From Octopus vulgaris (lineage: Eukaryota): DNA of 64,000 nucleotides. Positions 28,591 through 40,256 of the stretch are shown here, one piece after another. Location: the NCBI GenBank assembly GCA_951406725.2, contig OX597819.1:50468001-50532000 (forward strand), given 5' to 3'. The first letter of the stretch is position 1. Each line of letters opens with the position of its first letter. Position numbers and translations under genes: made by a program. The notes under the pieces were generated by a model that saw only the letters and a list, made by a program, of their open reading frames with translations, was not told the origin of the DNA and made no database searches.

Positions 28591-28843
28591 GTGTTCTTGA
28601 GCAAGACACCTTATTTTACGCTGCTCCAGTTCACTCAGCTGTAGAAATGAGTTGCGATGTCACAGGTGCCAAGCTGTATCGGCCTTTGCCTTTCCCTTGT
28701 ATAACACTGGTGGCGTGGAGAAGGGAGGCCGGTATGCATGGGCGACTGCTGGACTTCCATAAACAACCTTGCCTGGACTTGTGCCTGGGAAGGTAACTTT
28801 CTAGGTGCAATCCCATGGTCAGTCATGACCAAAGAGGGTCTCA
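28507..28843 (+). mobile_element. SINE family C, full copy with 15-bp target-site duplication
   Basis: ATATTTATAAGAGTT at 28492-28506 and 28844-28858; tRNA-like head followed by cttgagcaagacac. Confidence 0.88.
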
Positions 28844-28858
28844 ATATTTATAAGAGTT

Positions 28859-28960
28859 ATCACCAGGGATTTTAGAACTGGTTTTCAAACTAGAAACAAT
28901 GGTCTTTCACTGAAAAGTACACGTCATCAGCAGATATTCCTGTATGTTTGTATATATGTA
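28859..28960 (-). mobile_element. Diverged RLE-LINE 3' UTR (host of the family C SINE)
   Basis: Reverse complement aligns by eye with 905-995 (catatatacaaa...gctgatg...tctag.tt.gaaa.c.gttct...ctggt). Confidence 0.5.
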
Positions 28961-29451
28961 TCTTTTACTCGTTTCGCTCATTAGACTGCGGCCATACTGG
29001 GGCACCGCCTTGAGGAATTTTTAGTCGAATGTATCGACGCCAGAATTTTGTTTCCTTTCCTACTTGTACCAGTATTTAGATTGCGGCCATGCTGGAGCAC
29101 CACCTTGAAGAATTTCTAGTCGAACGTATCTCCCAAAGTGCTTACGTTTTACAATCCTGGTACTTGTTCGATCGACCCCTTTTGCCGAACCGCTAGGGAG
29201 GTTACGAGGACGTAAGCACACCAACACAGACACAAAGACACACGCGCGTAGACATATACATATATAAGACACACATATATATATACATATATACGACGGG
29301 CTTCTTTTAATTTCCTTCTATCAAATCCACTCACAAGGCTTTGGTCGTCCCGAGGCTATAGTAGAAGGTACTTGCGCAAGGTGCCACGCAGTAGGACTGA
29401 ACCCGGAACTATGTGGTTGGAGAGCAAGTTTCTTACCACATGGCCACGCCT
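28960..29451 (-). mobile_element. SINE family A plus an extra tail fragment
   Basis: Matches the family A consensus in reverse. Confidence 0.8.
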
Positions 29452-29491
29452 GTTCATATATATATATATATATATATGTATAGGTATGGGT

Positions 29492-29552
<61 letters not shown>

Positions 29553-29786
29553 TGTGCGTGTGCATTGCTGACGTCATGAGAATTTACAAACTTTGAGAGA
29601 ACGTGAAATAATACCTTTTTGGAACGGTGGAACTCGAAGCAGATGAAGCAATAAAAAAACTGCATGTGAATACTGGGTTAAAAACTCCTCTGGACAGGAA
29701 AGTCGAAGGCTGCCCCCGGGACATACACACGCACAACACACAGAGCTCAAGCACACATATATGTATGTACATATATGTAATAAATA

Positions 29787-29939
29787 GTGGCTGTGTGGTA
29801 AGAAGCTTGCTTCCCAACCTCATGGTTCCGGGTTCGGTCCCACTGCGTGGCACTTTAAGCAAGTGTATTCTACTATAGCCTCAGGCCGACCATAGCCTTG
29901 CGAGTGGATTTGGCAGTTGGAAACTGAAAGAAGCCTGTC

Positions 29940-29941
<2 letters not shown>
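29787..29941 (+). mobile_element. SINE family A, 5' half
   Basis: gtggctgtgtggtaag...gaaactgaaagaagcc.gtcg. Confidence 0.85.
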
Positions 29942-29985
<44 letters not shown>

Positions 29986-30151
29986 ATAGTTATCGCCATA
30001 CTAATATGGCATTCTTATAAAAATAAGCAAAAAGCTGTCCGCTTATTAGCTCCATGAGGCCATCGCCTTAAGTTAGCTATTTGATACACAAACTGTATCC
30101 ATATAACCTTCGAACAAGGGAGGTCAGTCGCTCCACACCACTTGACCGGCA

Positions 30152-30193
30152 GCTACAGACGCGTTTCGGGGTATTGCCCCTTTTCAATGCAGC
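30152..30193 (-). ncRNA. Minimal type I hammerhead with U3-A8 core variant, in a ~220-bp (TA)n-flanked element (29982-30205)
   Basis: GCTGCA-TTGAAAA-GGGG-caata-CCCC-GAAAC-GC-GTC-TGTAGC: stems I and II intact, palindromic ACGCGT stem III, GUC triplet. Confidence 0.75.
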
Positions 30194-30212
30194 GTAGCCA
30201 GCCAGTATATAC

Positions 30213-30251
<39 letters not shown>

Positions 30252-30259
<8 letters not shown>

Positions 30260-30325
30260 ATAAAATCCTTATAGAGCAGTCTCATGGCTGGTTGCATCTG
30301 CTCTGTAAGGATTTTATCCTATATA
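30252..30325. repeat. Fold-back (28-bp arms) next to (TA)n
   Basis: tatataggataaaatccttatagagcag / ctgctctgtaaggattttatcctatata. Confidence 0.85.
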
Positions 30326-30455
30326 TGCTGTTCTGTCAGTACTTACGCGTTGAAAAAAATATATCTTTCTACTTGTACTACGATACAGTTCGGCGCTTCA
30401 AAAACAAATTTATGTTTGTTTACATGTGAAGTAATATATATATATATATATATAT

Positions 30456-30670
30456 TTTATATTATATTGAGGGTACTACTATTCGTAGATACCAACACGC
30501 TAAGAGGGACCAATGCGGTCAAAACTACTAAACTGAATTCTTTTTTAAAATGATGTGTTTTGAAGTTTTGCATTCGGTAAAATTTTGTTTATTTTTAGTA
30601 GTTTTGACCGCATTGGTCCCTCTTAGCGTGTTGGTATCTACGAATAGTAGTACCCTCAATATAATATAAA
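30456..30670. repeat. ~76-bp perfect inverted repeat in a (TA)n-flanked element (to ~30773)
   Basis: 30456-30531 is the reverse complement of 30594-30670. Confidence 0.9.
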
Positions 30671-30812
30671 TGAATATTTTCAAAGAGGAAGAATTTACGG
30701 ATTTTTTCTCTTACGAGGTTTTTCACGCTGACTACTGATAATTTCTTTTAAAGATTTTATCCTCAATTGTTAATATATATATATATATATATATATATTT
30801 AGTCCAAAGTAT

Positions 30813-30878
<66 letters not shown>

Positions 30879-31150
30879 GCAAACACACTAAAAATTTAAT
30901 GCTTTGCAATACATTGATATGACACTAGTATGATAACTAGTATGACTAACTGAGCTGTTAATATTAGTAGTATGAAAAGAAGGTATGTGGACTTTGGTTT
31001 CTCTTTCCAGCTGGTCAACAGACCGTGTAGGGATTTCTTTGTTACAATCAGTAAAGTTGATAGAAATAATTGTAGTGCTGTTGTTGTTGTTGTTATTGTT
31101 GTTATTGTTGGTAGTAGTAGCAGTAGTAGTAGCAGTAGTAGTAGTAGTAT

Positions 31151-31191
<41 letters not shown>

Positions 31192-31482
31192 TCAGCAGCA
31201 GCAGCAGCAACAGTAGTAGAGCGGCAAGAATGTGGTGTAATTTAGCTGTAATTCTGGAATAAATTAACTGGCAGATGATGATGATGATGATGAAAATGAT
31301 GTACATACATATATACATTTACATAAGAGTACATACATATGTACATACAAACATGCATGCATACATACACAAATACTTACATATTTATATGCGTGTTTGT
31401 ATGAATGTATTTATTCTCCTATGCTCATTCATTCATATACGGAGACAGATACACACATACACACACACACTGCATGTATTGC

Positions 31483-31518
<36 letters not shown>

Positions 31519-31523
<5 letters not shown>

Positions 31524-31718
31524 TCCCGGGTTGATTCGGGTTAACCACAGTAAGTAAGGTACTCAATACATAGCAGAGTAAAATTAATTTATTATATAGA
31601 AGGAGCTTCTACAGGACTAGTACTGTTTCATTCAAGAGAAATCTTCAGGAAGCTCCTGAAGATTTCTCTTGAATGAAACAGTACTAGTCCTGTAGAAGCT
31701 CCTTCTATATAATAAATT
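31519..31718 (-). mobile_element. Penelope-like/retrozyme terminal fragment with hammerhead and inverted 5' copy (perfect ~65-bp hairpin)
   Basis: Arms ~31587-31650 and 31654-31718; (TA)n on both sides. Confidence 0.8.
31601..31657 (-). ncRNA. Type I hammerhead ribozyme
   Basis: AGGAGCTTC-CTGAAGA-tTTC-tctt-GAAt-GAA-ACAG-tactagtc-CTGT-A-GAAGCTCCT: 9-bp stem I, 4-bp stem III, GUA triplet, weak stem II. Confidence 0.78.
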
Positions 31719-32154
31719 ATATATATATATATATATATGGGTGTGTGTGTGTGTGTTTGGTGTGTAAGTGTGCGTGTGTATATAGTTGTGCAAATGTGTA
31801 TATTGATTATTTTAATTAGATATGACCTCTAATTATATGTTTAATTACAGATGACCTCAAAACACACTGTTATCTCATATTCGAACAACCTAAAAACTAA
31901 AAAGCTACGAACAACGAAGCAGTGAAATTTTTAAACACACAACAACAACCTTATCAGTATAAGCAAATAAGTTAAACTTTACGCAGGAGAGGTAGAAACA
32001 GAATCCAAGTCTCCCACAGATCGCTTCCTATCGTCTGACCTAAGCAAAGGGTGCGTTCGATAATGCACTCCTGCATACCTTTTAATAAGACACAGTTGGT
32101 CACAGCCGAATTGTCTTTGGTCATAGCTCTGCCCGATCAGATTACATTTGGCTC

Positions 32155-32190
<36 letters not shown>

Positions 32191-32237
32191 TGAACAAGAA
32201 CAAGAACAACAACAACAACAACAGCAACAGCATATAC

Positions 32238-32272
<35 letters not shown>

Positions 32273-32408
32273 TGTATGTATGTATGTATGTATGTATGCA
32301 TGTATGCATGTATATATCGTTGTTTACGTATTTAACTCGTTTCTTTACGTAGTTCATGTTGTTTGCACCGTTGGTGACGTCCTGTACCCATATATGCATA
32401 TACATATA

Positions 32409-32441
<33 letters not shown>

Positions 32442-32954
32442 TAATTGAACGCGACACATCCATTTCCAGGTAAGTTTATCTTCACCTTTTTGATGCGACT
32501 CTATTCTATACTGTTTTCTTCCTCCATCCTTCTCTAATTCCCTTTTTCTCCACCTCCATCCTTCACCGTTCTCTCTCTCTCTCTCTCTCTCTTCCTCTCT
32601 TTCTCTTTTTCTCTTTTTCTCGTTGCTCACACAGAAACCACGTTATGTAGCAATTCCACCGCCGCTGATGGACATTATCCTTCCGCTTCTGATACTTATA
32701 TGTTTTTTTAGCACTATAAGTTTATACGAAATGCTTCACCAAGACAAATACTGTAGTGTTGCGGCGTTCTGTTAATCTAACCACGTAAAGTATGATATAC
32801 AGATTACTATTTATCAAATATATTGAAGTCCATGTTTATGCAATCTCTCCATGGACAGTAAAGAGGAGATTGGCAAGATTATAGTTACAGTTCTTATTAC
32901 GCTCTCATCAGTAATCGTTTCCACAAGTCTTAACTGACATTTTCGAAAAATTGC

Positions 32955-33167
32955 TTTCAAATTTTAGTATAATGTCAGTAAATTTGGTGGATGGTATAAG
33001 TCAATTTATATGGAACCCAGTATTCAATTTGTGCTAGTTTTATCGATCTCGAAGAGGTAAAACGCAAAATCGACCTCGGCGGAATTTGGGTTTAATACAT
33101 AGAACCAGACAAAATGCCGTCAAGCAATTTGCCCAGGCTCCTAACGATTTTGCCTGTTCGTCGCCTT
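32955..33167 (-). mobile_element. Diverged SINE family B
   Basis: tcgacctcggcggaatttg and ctgttcgtcgcc match family B in reverse. Confidence 0.7.
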
Positions 33168-33295
33168 ACCTTCTGCGAATTATTAAGCGTAGACTATTTA
33201 CACGAAGTAGAAATGGCAATTTGTGACCTAGGTGCCTTTTCTGAGAGCAACAGAAGCATTCTAAAGAAAGCGTATTTTAATGCAAATTATGCCAC

Positions 33296-33405
<110 letters not shown>

Positions 33406-33563
33406 AACATATGTATATATATATAAATGTATGTATATATATGTATGTATATAAATATATGTATGTATGTATATAAATATATGTATGTATATAACTAGCG
33501 GTGCCCCAGCATGGCCACAGCTCATAAGCTGAAACTAGAATAAATCAATCAATCAATCATATG

Positions 33564-33622
<59 letters not shown>

Positions 33623-33628
33623 GTATAT

Positions 33629-33668
<40 letters not shown>

Positions 33669-33779
33669 GCATATATGCTTACATATATATAGTATATGTA
33701 TATTTAAACATTATGTGAATATACATACAATACATGCATATATACATATATACATAGCTCTCTCTTACCCCCTCTCTCT

Positions 33780-33815
<36 letters not shown>

Positions 33816-34099
33816 ATACATAGTTATGAGATTCACAGACAAGCAGCTATATTTAACAACATCTTATGAATAAACGCAGCGACATTATAATGAAAATCTA
33901 GATTTATATATTAATCATCTGGAGGGTATTAACAGGAATTCAAATCAAATCTCATATTTGCAAGGAGAAGCAGCGAGAAATAGAATAGATCGTATATAAA
34001 TGGCTACCTTGCTATATACACTGTTGTACACATATATCTGTGTATATAAAGTGTCTTCTTGTTCATTTCCACGCTCTCACAAATTTTTCTCTCATTGTC

Positions 34100-34188
<89 letters not shown>

Positions 34189-34272
34189 GTATATGTGCGT
34201 GTATATGTACATATACATGTATATATGTATTTATATATGTATGTATATATGAATATATATATGTATACATAC

Positions 34273-34329
<57 letters not shown>

Positions 34330-34500
34330 CATACATATATACATAATGCACGTACACAGTACACATATATAGTTGAAAATACACAACATATACGTAACTG
34401 GAAGTGAGTATATACACACCCACACACAGTGTATGTGTGTGTTCGTGTATACATATATACATAATATACATACACATAAATACATACATACATACATACA

Positions 34501-34576
<76 letters not shown>

Positions 34577-35360
34577 CACCCACATACACACATATATAGC
34601 TATACGGGTATAAGCTGCCACACACAAACTCCTATCCTTACTGTACACATTCAGAAAACTAACATCAACGTACATGCAACCACACTCACACACACACACA
34701 TACACACACACACACTCACACACATACATATATATGTATGTATATATATATATATGTATGTATACATATACACACACACACACACACAAACACACACGTA
34801 TGCACACGTGGGCTTGCAAACACACACACACGCACGCACGCATACACACACAACACACAGGTACACACACCGTCTTTCTCTCACATACACACAATACAAA
34901 TGCGTATAGTGTACCAAAAAACAAAATTTCTTCGTAGATAAGCCTATCTATACATTCATACGGTAAGTATAAACAGCATTTAAACTAACACACATGTACA
35001 GCAAAGGTACAAGTTATACATACATGCGCTCTTGAGACACCATAAGTACTCACACAAATGTATTTACACACAAAAAAGAAGGACGTAAGTTTTAAATATA
35101 TATTGGTGAATTAATTTACCTAGATTTTTCTATTTCTTGACATGTAAAATAATATGTTATTACAAAAAATGGAACGTTAAATTAATTAAAATAGTTTATA
35201 CAAAAGAACATTTCACAAAACTGCATGAAACGAGATTGGATATATATTTACGCCAATAAATAAATGTGTGTTTCTGTGTGTGTGTGTACATATATATATA
35301 TACACACACAAACAAACATATCTGTCTATCTATGTACGTATGTACACACAAATGTATATA

Positions 35361-35442
<82 letters not shown>

Positions 35443-35528
35443 TATATATATGAATACATGTATAAGTCTTTCTCTCACCCTCTCTCTCTTTCTGAATATA
35501 TATATGTGTGTGTGTGATTGTGTATATA

Positions 35529-35579
<51 letters not shown>

Positions 35580-35645
35580 TATCTACATTCAGACGTAAAC
35601 ACATACATACAGAAGCACGAAGAAAGGAAATGAAAGAGAGAGAAA

Positions 35646-35682
<37 letters not shown>

Positions 35683-35831
35683 TAATGGGGGGGAGAGAAA
35701 CAAGAGTATTTTACAGCGCTTTAAAGAATTTATATAAAAATCAAAAATTTGTTACGCAATCAGGTAAGCGCATAACACTTGTCAAAGTCCTTGAACACCT
35801 TACCCACACACATACATACTCACGCACTCTC

Positions 35832-35874
<43 letters not shown>

Positions 35875-36121
35875 TCTCTGTATCTGTCTCTCACACAGGA
35901 ACATATGCGAACGCATATATTCGCTCAAGACGTCACATTAATCTTTGTAAATGTATTTCTGTTGTGTAAGAATGTTGCATGAATTATGTTTATATGAAAC
36001 GGCTTGTACATTATCTTCTACATTCGTAAATATATGCTTTGTATGTAAGTGGTTTTCCGTGTTTGTACGTGAGTATTTGCCAATATGTCAGTATCATCAA
36101 ATGAGCGCTCGTGCAGTTATA

Positions 36122-36162
<41 letters not shown>

Positions 36163-36163
<1 letters not shown>

Positions 36164-36363
36164 CTCTCTTTTACTCTTTTACTTGCTTCAGTCATTTGAT
36201 TGCGGCCATGCTGGAGCACCGCCTTTAGTCGAGCAAATCGACCCCGGGACTTATTCTTTGTAAGAACAGTACTTATTCTCTCGACTGTCTTTTGCCGAAC
36301 CGCTAAGTGACGGGGGACATAAATACACCAGCATTGGTTGTCAAGCAATGCTAGTGGGGACAA

Positions 36364-36396
<33 letters not shown>

Positions 36397-36564
36397 CATA
36401 TATACGACGGGCTTCTTTCAGTTTCCGTCTACCAAATCCACTCACAAGGCTTTAGTCGGCTTGAGGCTATAGTAGAAGACACTTGCCCAAGATGCCACGC
36501 AGTGAGACTGAACCCGGAACCATATCGTTGGTAAGCAAGCTACTTACCTCACGTCCACTCCTGC
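36163..36564 (-). mobile_element. SINE family A, full
   Basis: Reverse complement of the 21732-22136 type. Confidence 0.9.
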
Positions 36565-36596
<32 letters not shown>

Positions 36597-36824
36597 TCAA
36601 TATAGGGTGGCAAAAAAAAAAAAATTTTGTAGAATTCTTTTGCCACCAGCGGCCTAGTAGGAAAAAATTAAAATAGTCATAGACCATTTTTAAGTTCAAC
36701 ATCAACAATAAAGGAACGGCCATAATAGGCCATTCACCCACTAGAAATAACAGCCAAAGCTTCAACCGCAAATAAAAGTTAATTCAGTAAACCAGGAGAA
36801 AATTTAAAAAACATTTACCCTGTA

Positions 36825-36931
36825 ATTTCTTATACGATATACCGTTTCATCTGCTGATTAATGGTAAACTAACCTGATTAAATTAAATCAAGCCAATCTT
36901 CCACAGGCCCTCAGATTCTTCAGTAAGAAAT
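36825..36931 (-). ncRNA. Type I hammerhead ribozyme (inverted copy)
   Basis: Reverse complement of 37364-37470. Confidence 0.88.
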
Positions 36932-37363
36932 AGCCCAAGACGGAACAGATATTTTCACGAGGCATTTCCGACGTTGCCAAGTTTATATCTGACCTAAAAT
37001 TTTCAAATCGTCGCACTCGCGCCAAATTTATCGGCAGCAAATAAATATAAGCCGTCGATTCCATTACGGAATTAACCAGAAAATTCATAATTAATCAATA
37101 TAGGGTGGCAAAAAAAAAAAAAAAAAAAAAATTTTTCCTACTAGGCCGCTGGTGGCAAAAGAATTCTACAAAATTTTTTTTTTTTGCCACCCTATATTGA
37201 TTAATTATGAATTTTCTGGTTAATTCCGTAATGGAATCGACGGCTTATATTTATTTGCTGCCGATAAATTTGGCGCGAGTGCGACGATTTGAAAATTTTA
37301 GGTCAGATATAAACTTGGCAACGTCGGAAATGCCTCGTGAAAATATCTGTTCCGTCTTGGGCT

Positions 37364-37470
37364 ATTTCTTACTGAAGAATCTGAGGGCCTGTGGAAGATT
37401 GGCTTGATTTAATTTAATCAGGTTAGTTTACCATTAATCAGCAGATGAAACGGTATATCGTATAAGAAAT
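37364..37470 (+). ncRNA. Type I hammerhead ribozyme, extended stem II
   Basis: ATTTCTTA-CTGAAGA-ATCTG-(58 nt)-CAGAT-GAAAC-GG-TATA-TC-GTA-TAAGAAAT; cleavage predicted after A37462. Confidence 0.9.
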
Positions 37471-37858
37471 TACAGGGTAAATGTTTTTTAAATTTTCTCC
37501 TGGTTTACTGAATTAACTTTTATTTGCGGTTGAAGCTTTGGCTGTTATTTCTAGTGGGTGAATGGCCTATTATGGCCGTTCCTTTATTGTTGATGTTGAA
37601 CTTAAAAATGGTCTATGACTATTTTAATTTTTTCCTACTAGGCCGCTGGTGGCAAAAGAATTCTACAAAATTTTTTTTTTGCCTCCCTATATTGATTAAT
37701 TATGAATTTTCTGGTTAATTCCGTAATGGAATCGACGGCTTATATTTATTTGCTGCCGATAAATTTGGCGCGAGTGCGACGATTTGAAAATTTTAGGTCA
37801 GATATAAACTTGGCAACGTCGGAAATGCCTCGTGAAAATATCTGTTCCGTCTTGGGCT

Positions 37859-37965
37859 ATTTCTTACTGAAGAATCTGAGGGCCTGTGGAAGATTGGCTT
37901 GATTTAATTTAATCAGGTTAGTTTACCATTAATCAGCAGATGAAACGGTATATCGTATAAGAAAT
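37859..37965 (+). ncRNA. Type I hammerhead ribozyme, second tandem copy
   Basis: Identical to 37364-37470; cleavage predicted after A37957. Confidence 0.9.
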
Positions 37966-38085
37966 TACAGGGTAAATGTTTTTTAAATTTTCTCCTGGTT
38001 TACTGAATTAACTTTTATTTGCGGTTGAAGCTTTGGCTGTTATTTCTAGTGGGTGAATGGCCTATTATGGCCGTTCCTTTATTGT

Positions 38086-38123
<38 letters not shown>

Positions 38124-38199
38124 ATATATGTATATATATTTATATACATGTACATATATATTGTATGCATTAACACACGCATGCATACACACACACACT

Positions 38200-38265
<66 letters not shown>

Positions 38266-38269
38266 AATG

Positions 38270-39466
38270 TGAGAGACAAAAAAGAATTCACGAGCTTTTC
38301 ATTCAGAGCCACTCCGATTGTTTTGATTCATAAGGCACCCGTACCTTATAGGTGAGATAATGTACAATCGGTTCTCATGCATTATAGATTGCAGATGCGT
38401 CACCTTGGGTGACTTTTCAAAATTTACCACGTTTTTTACTTGCCGTTTCGCTTATTTCTATAACAATAGAATTTAATGCGGCATTCCACCCGTCCACAAT
38501 GAACTTTGCCGAACCGCTACTCGTCTCTCTCTTCCTCTTACCAGGCCCCAGACTAATCACTATGCCCAATCTTTTCTTCCCTGAACGTTGACTTTGTTCC
38601 TGCTCATATCTTTTACGAATGTGTTGTCTCACAATAGCTCTAGAGGAGCATCAGCGACATCAAAGATCACCACTAAAAGCCATGGGTTCTATCCATTGCT
38701 CCTACATCGAAATCGAATATATGAAAAAAACAAACAAAAAAAAAACAAAAAAAAAAACAAAACAGAAAGAAACAATCAAACACTTCCAATGTAGCAGATG
38801 GAAATAATCCAATAATTATTCCAATGATTAATCCAATGATTATTCCAATGATCGGACGGAAATAATCAAGCTGCTTTTGGATTTGCTTTGCAGAGAGGGG
38901 TATTTGATCATTAAGTCCATCTGTATGTAAATTTATAGAGCGCATATGAACACACTCAACTATATAGTATGTCATAATAATTCTACTTGCTTCTCCGTTA
39001 CTTTGCCCGTCCGTAACGCTTCCACGTGATTAGTTGGAAGGGGAGGAAGAAGTGGTGGTGAGTAAAATGAGTAATTTTTTTTAACTGCGCTTTTCCGCCA
39101 TTACTTAGCCCATCTGTAACGCTTTCACGTGATTAGTTGAGGGTGAAGGCGAATACTGAAAGAAAAGGGAGAGAGAAAAGGAGGGTAAGGCGAAGAGTGA
39201 GAAAGAAAGAAGGGGAGTGCTGTGCATTAAGTTTATAAAATTGTGCATAAAGTATATAAAATGATTATATATAAAATGTATTAAATAATCCCCGTATTTC
39301 AATTTCATTCACTTTTCAATGATTAGCAGACGAGAGACTATCTTTTGATACAGACACAACACAGGCTACGCTTTCAGGTTTTTGGAAAAAGTTTTTAGAA
39401 ATAACCCAATAAGCTTACCATTAATTCTGTGAAATACTCACGTGCCCTGTTAGTATAGATAAAGAT
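38270..39466 (-). mobile_element. Possible decayed Helitron-like element
   Basis: Minus strand begins atctatactaa (a Helitron-like TC start) and has duplicated gtaacgctt.cacgtgattagttg subrepeats. No convincing Rep/helicase motif. Confidence 0.3.
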
Positions 39467-39797
39467 GTTAAATTAGTTCTGCTTCTATTGAATAATTTGA
39501 ATTTTATTCGGGTTTGCGGCCTCTTTATAGTATTTTTCGGTTGTTTATATTGTCCCTATGCATTTCTCTGAAGTGAACTTCATGTCAGAAGCGATACGAG
39601 TGTGTAGAATTAACAAGCCTCTAAAATAGGCGAAATGTGCATTCTGTCTCTCTCGCAGTCGGTTCCGGAAGAACTTAGATTCGTCTAGTTCTGAAGTACA
39701 TTGTGCTTTTTAATGAACTACGTCCATATAAGGATCTTCCCGAGAAGTCCACTGCAGCCTCGGGATATTTCATCAGAATTCATTTATCAAGTATTAA

Positions 39798-39845
<48 letters not shown>

Positions 39846-39888
39846 TCACATTTATGTATATGCAAGTTAGTCTGTATTGATCTAGCTA

Positions 39889-39927
<39 letters not shown>

Positions 39928-39940
39928 CTACCTATCTATC

Positions 39941-40080
39941 TTTTCCACGATCCTTTTTGGTTGGAATTCGTCCCCCTTTATTTTATTTTATTTTAGTTCC
40001 TTTTCCTCTTCCCAAAGAGAAAAGCTCTACTTTGTATTTTGTCCCTTGTGTGTTCAGCCCTGCGTGGCCACTAAAGAAAT
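39941..40080 (+). mobile_element. Severely 5'-truncated Tx1-type LINE 3' end in (TATC)n
   Basis: aagagaaaagctctactttgtattttgtcc..tgtgttcagccctgcgtggccactaaagaaat parallels 22224-22297; TATC units on both sides. Confidence 0.72.
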
Positions 40081-40111
40081 CTATCTATCTATCTATCTAT
40101 CTATCTCTCTA

Positions 40112-40256
40112 CTCACTTTTGCCAGCTGAGTGGACTAGAGCAACGTGATTTGAAGTGTTTTGCTCAAGAACACTACGCGTCACCCGGTCCACGAATCGAA
40201 ACCACAATCTTACGATCATGATGCTGACACCCTAACCACTAAGACACGCGTCTCCA
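40112..40256 (-). mobile_element. SINE family C-related head
   Basis: Reverse: gcgtgtcttagtggttagggtgtcagc...gtttcgattc...cttgagcaaaacact. Confidence 0.75.

Larger units (their letters stand above)
36590..38089 (+). mobile_element. Retrozyme-like element: 495-bp hammerhead-bearing unit, ~1.9 tandem copies (+, 37131-38089) preceded by ~1.1 inverted copies (36590-37130), inside (TA)n
   Basis: The period is shown by identical ORFs at 37207/37702 and HHR sites at 37462/37957. The three copies are nearly identical. (TA)n lies at 36565-36590 and 38089-38121. Confidence 0.88.

Noticed and set aside
37207-37902. 66-aa and 64-aa ORFs repeated in the 495-bp unit
   Set aside because: Identical only because the DNA is duplicated; no recognisable domain, and one overlaps the ribozyme.
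39735-39776. Minus-strand CTGATGA with TCCCGAG/CTCGGGA hairpin
   Set aside because: Lacks GAAAC and a cleavage triplet.
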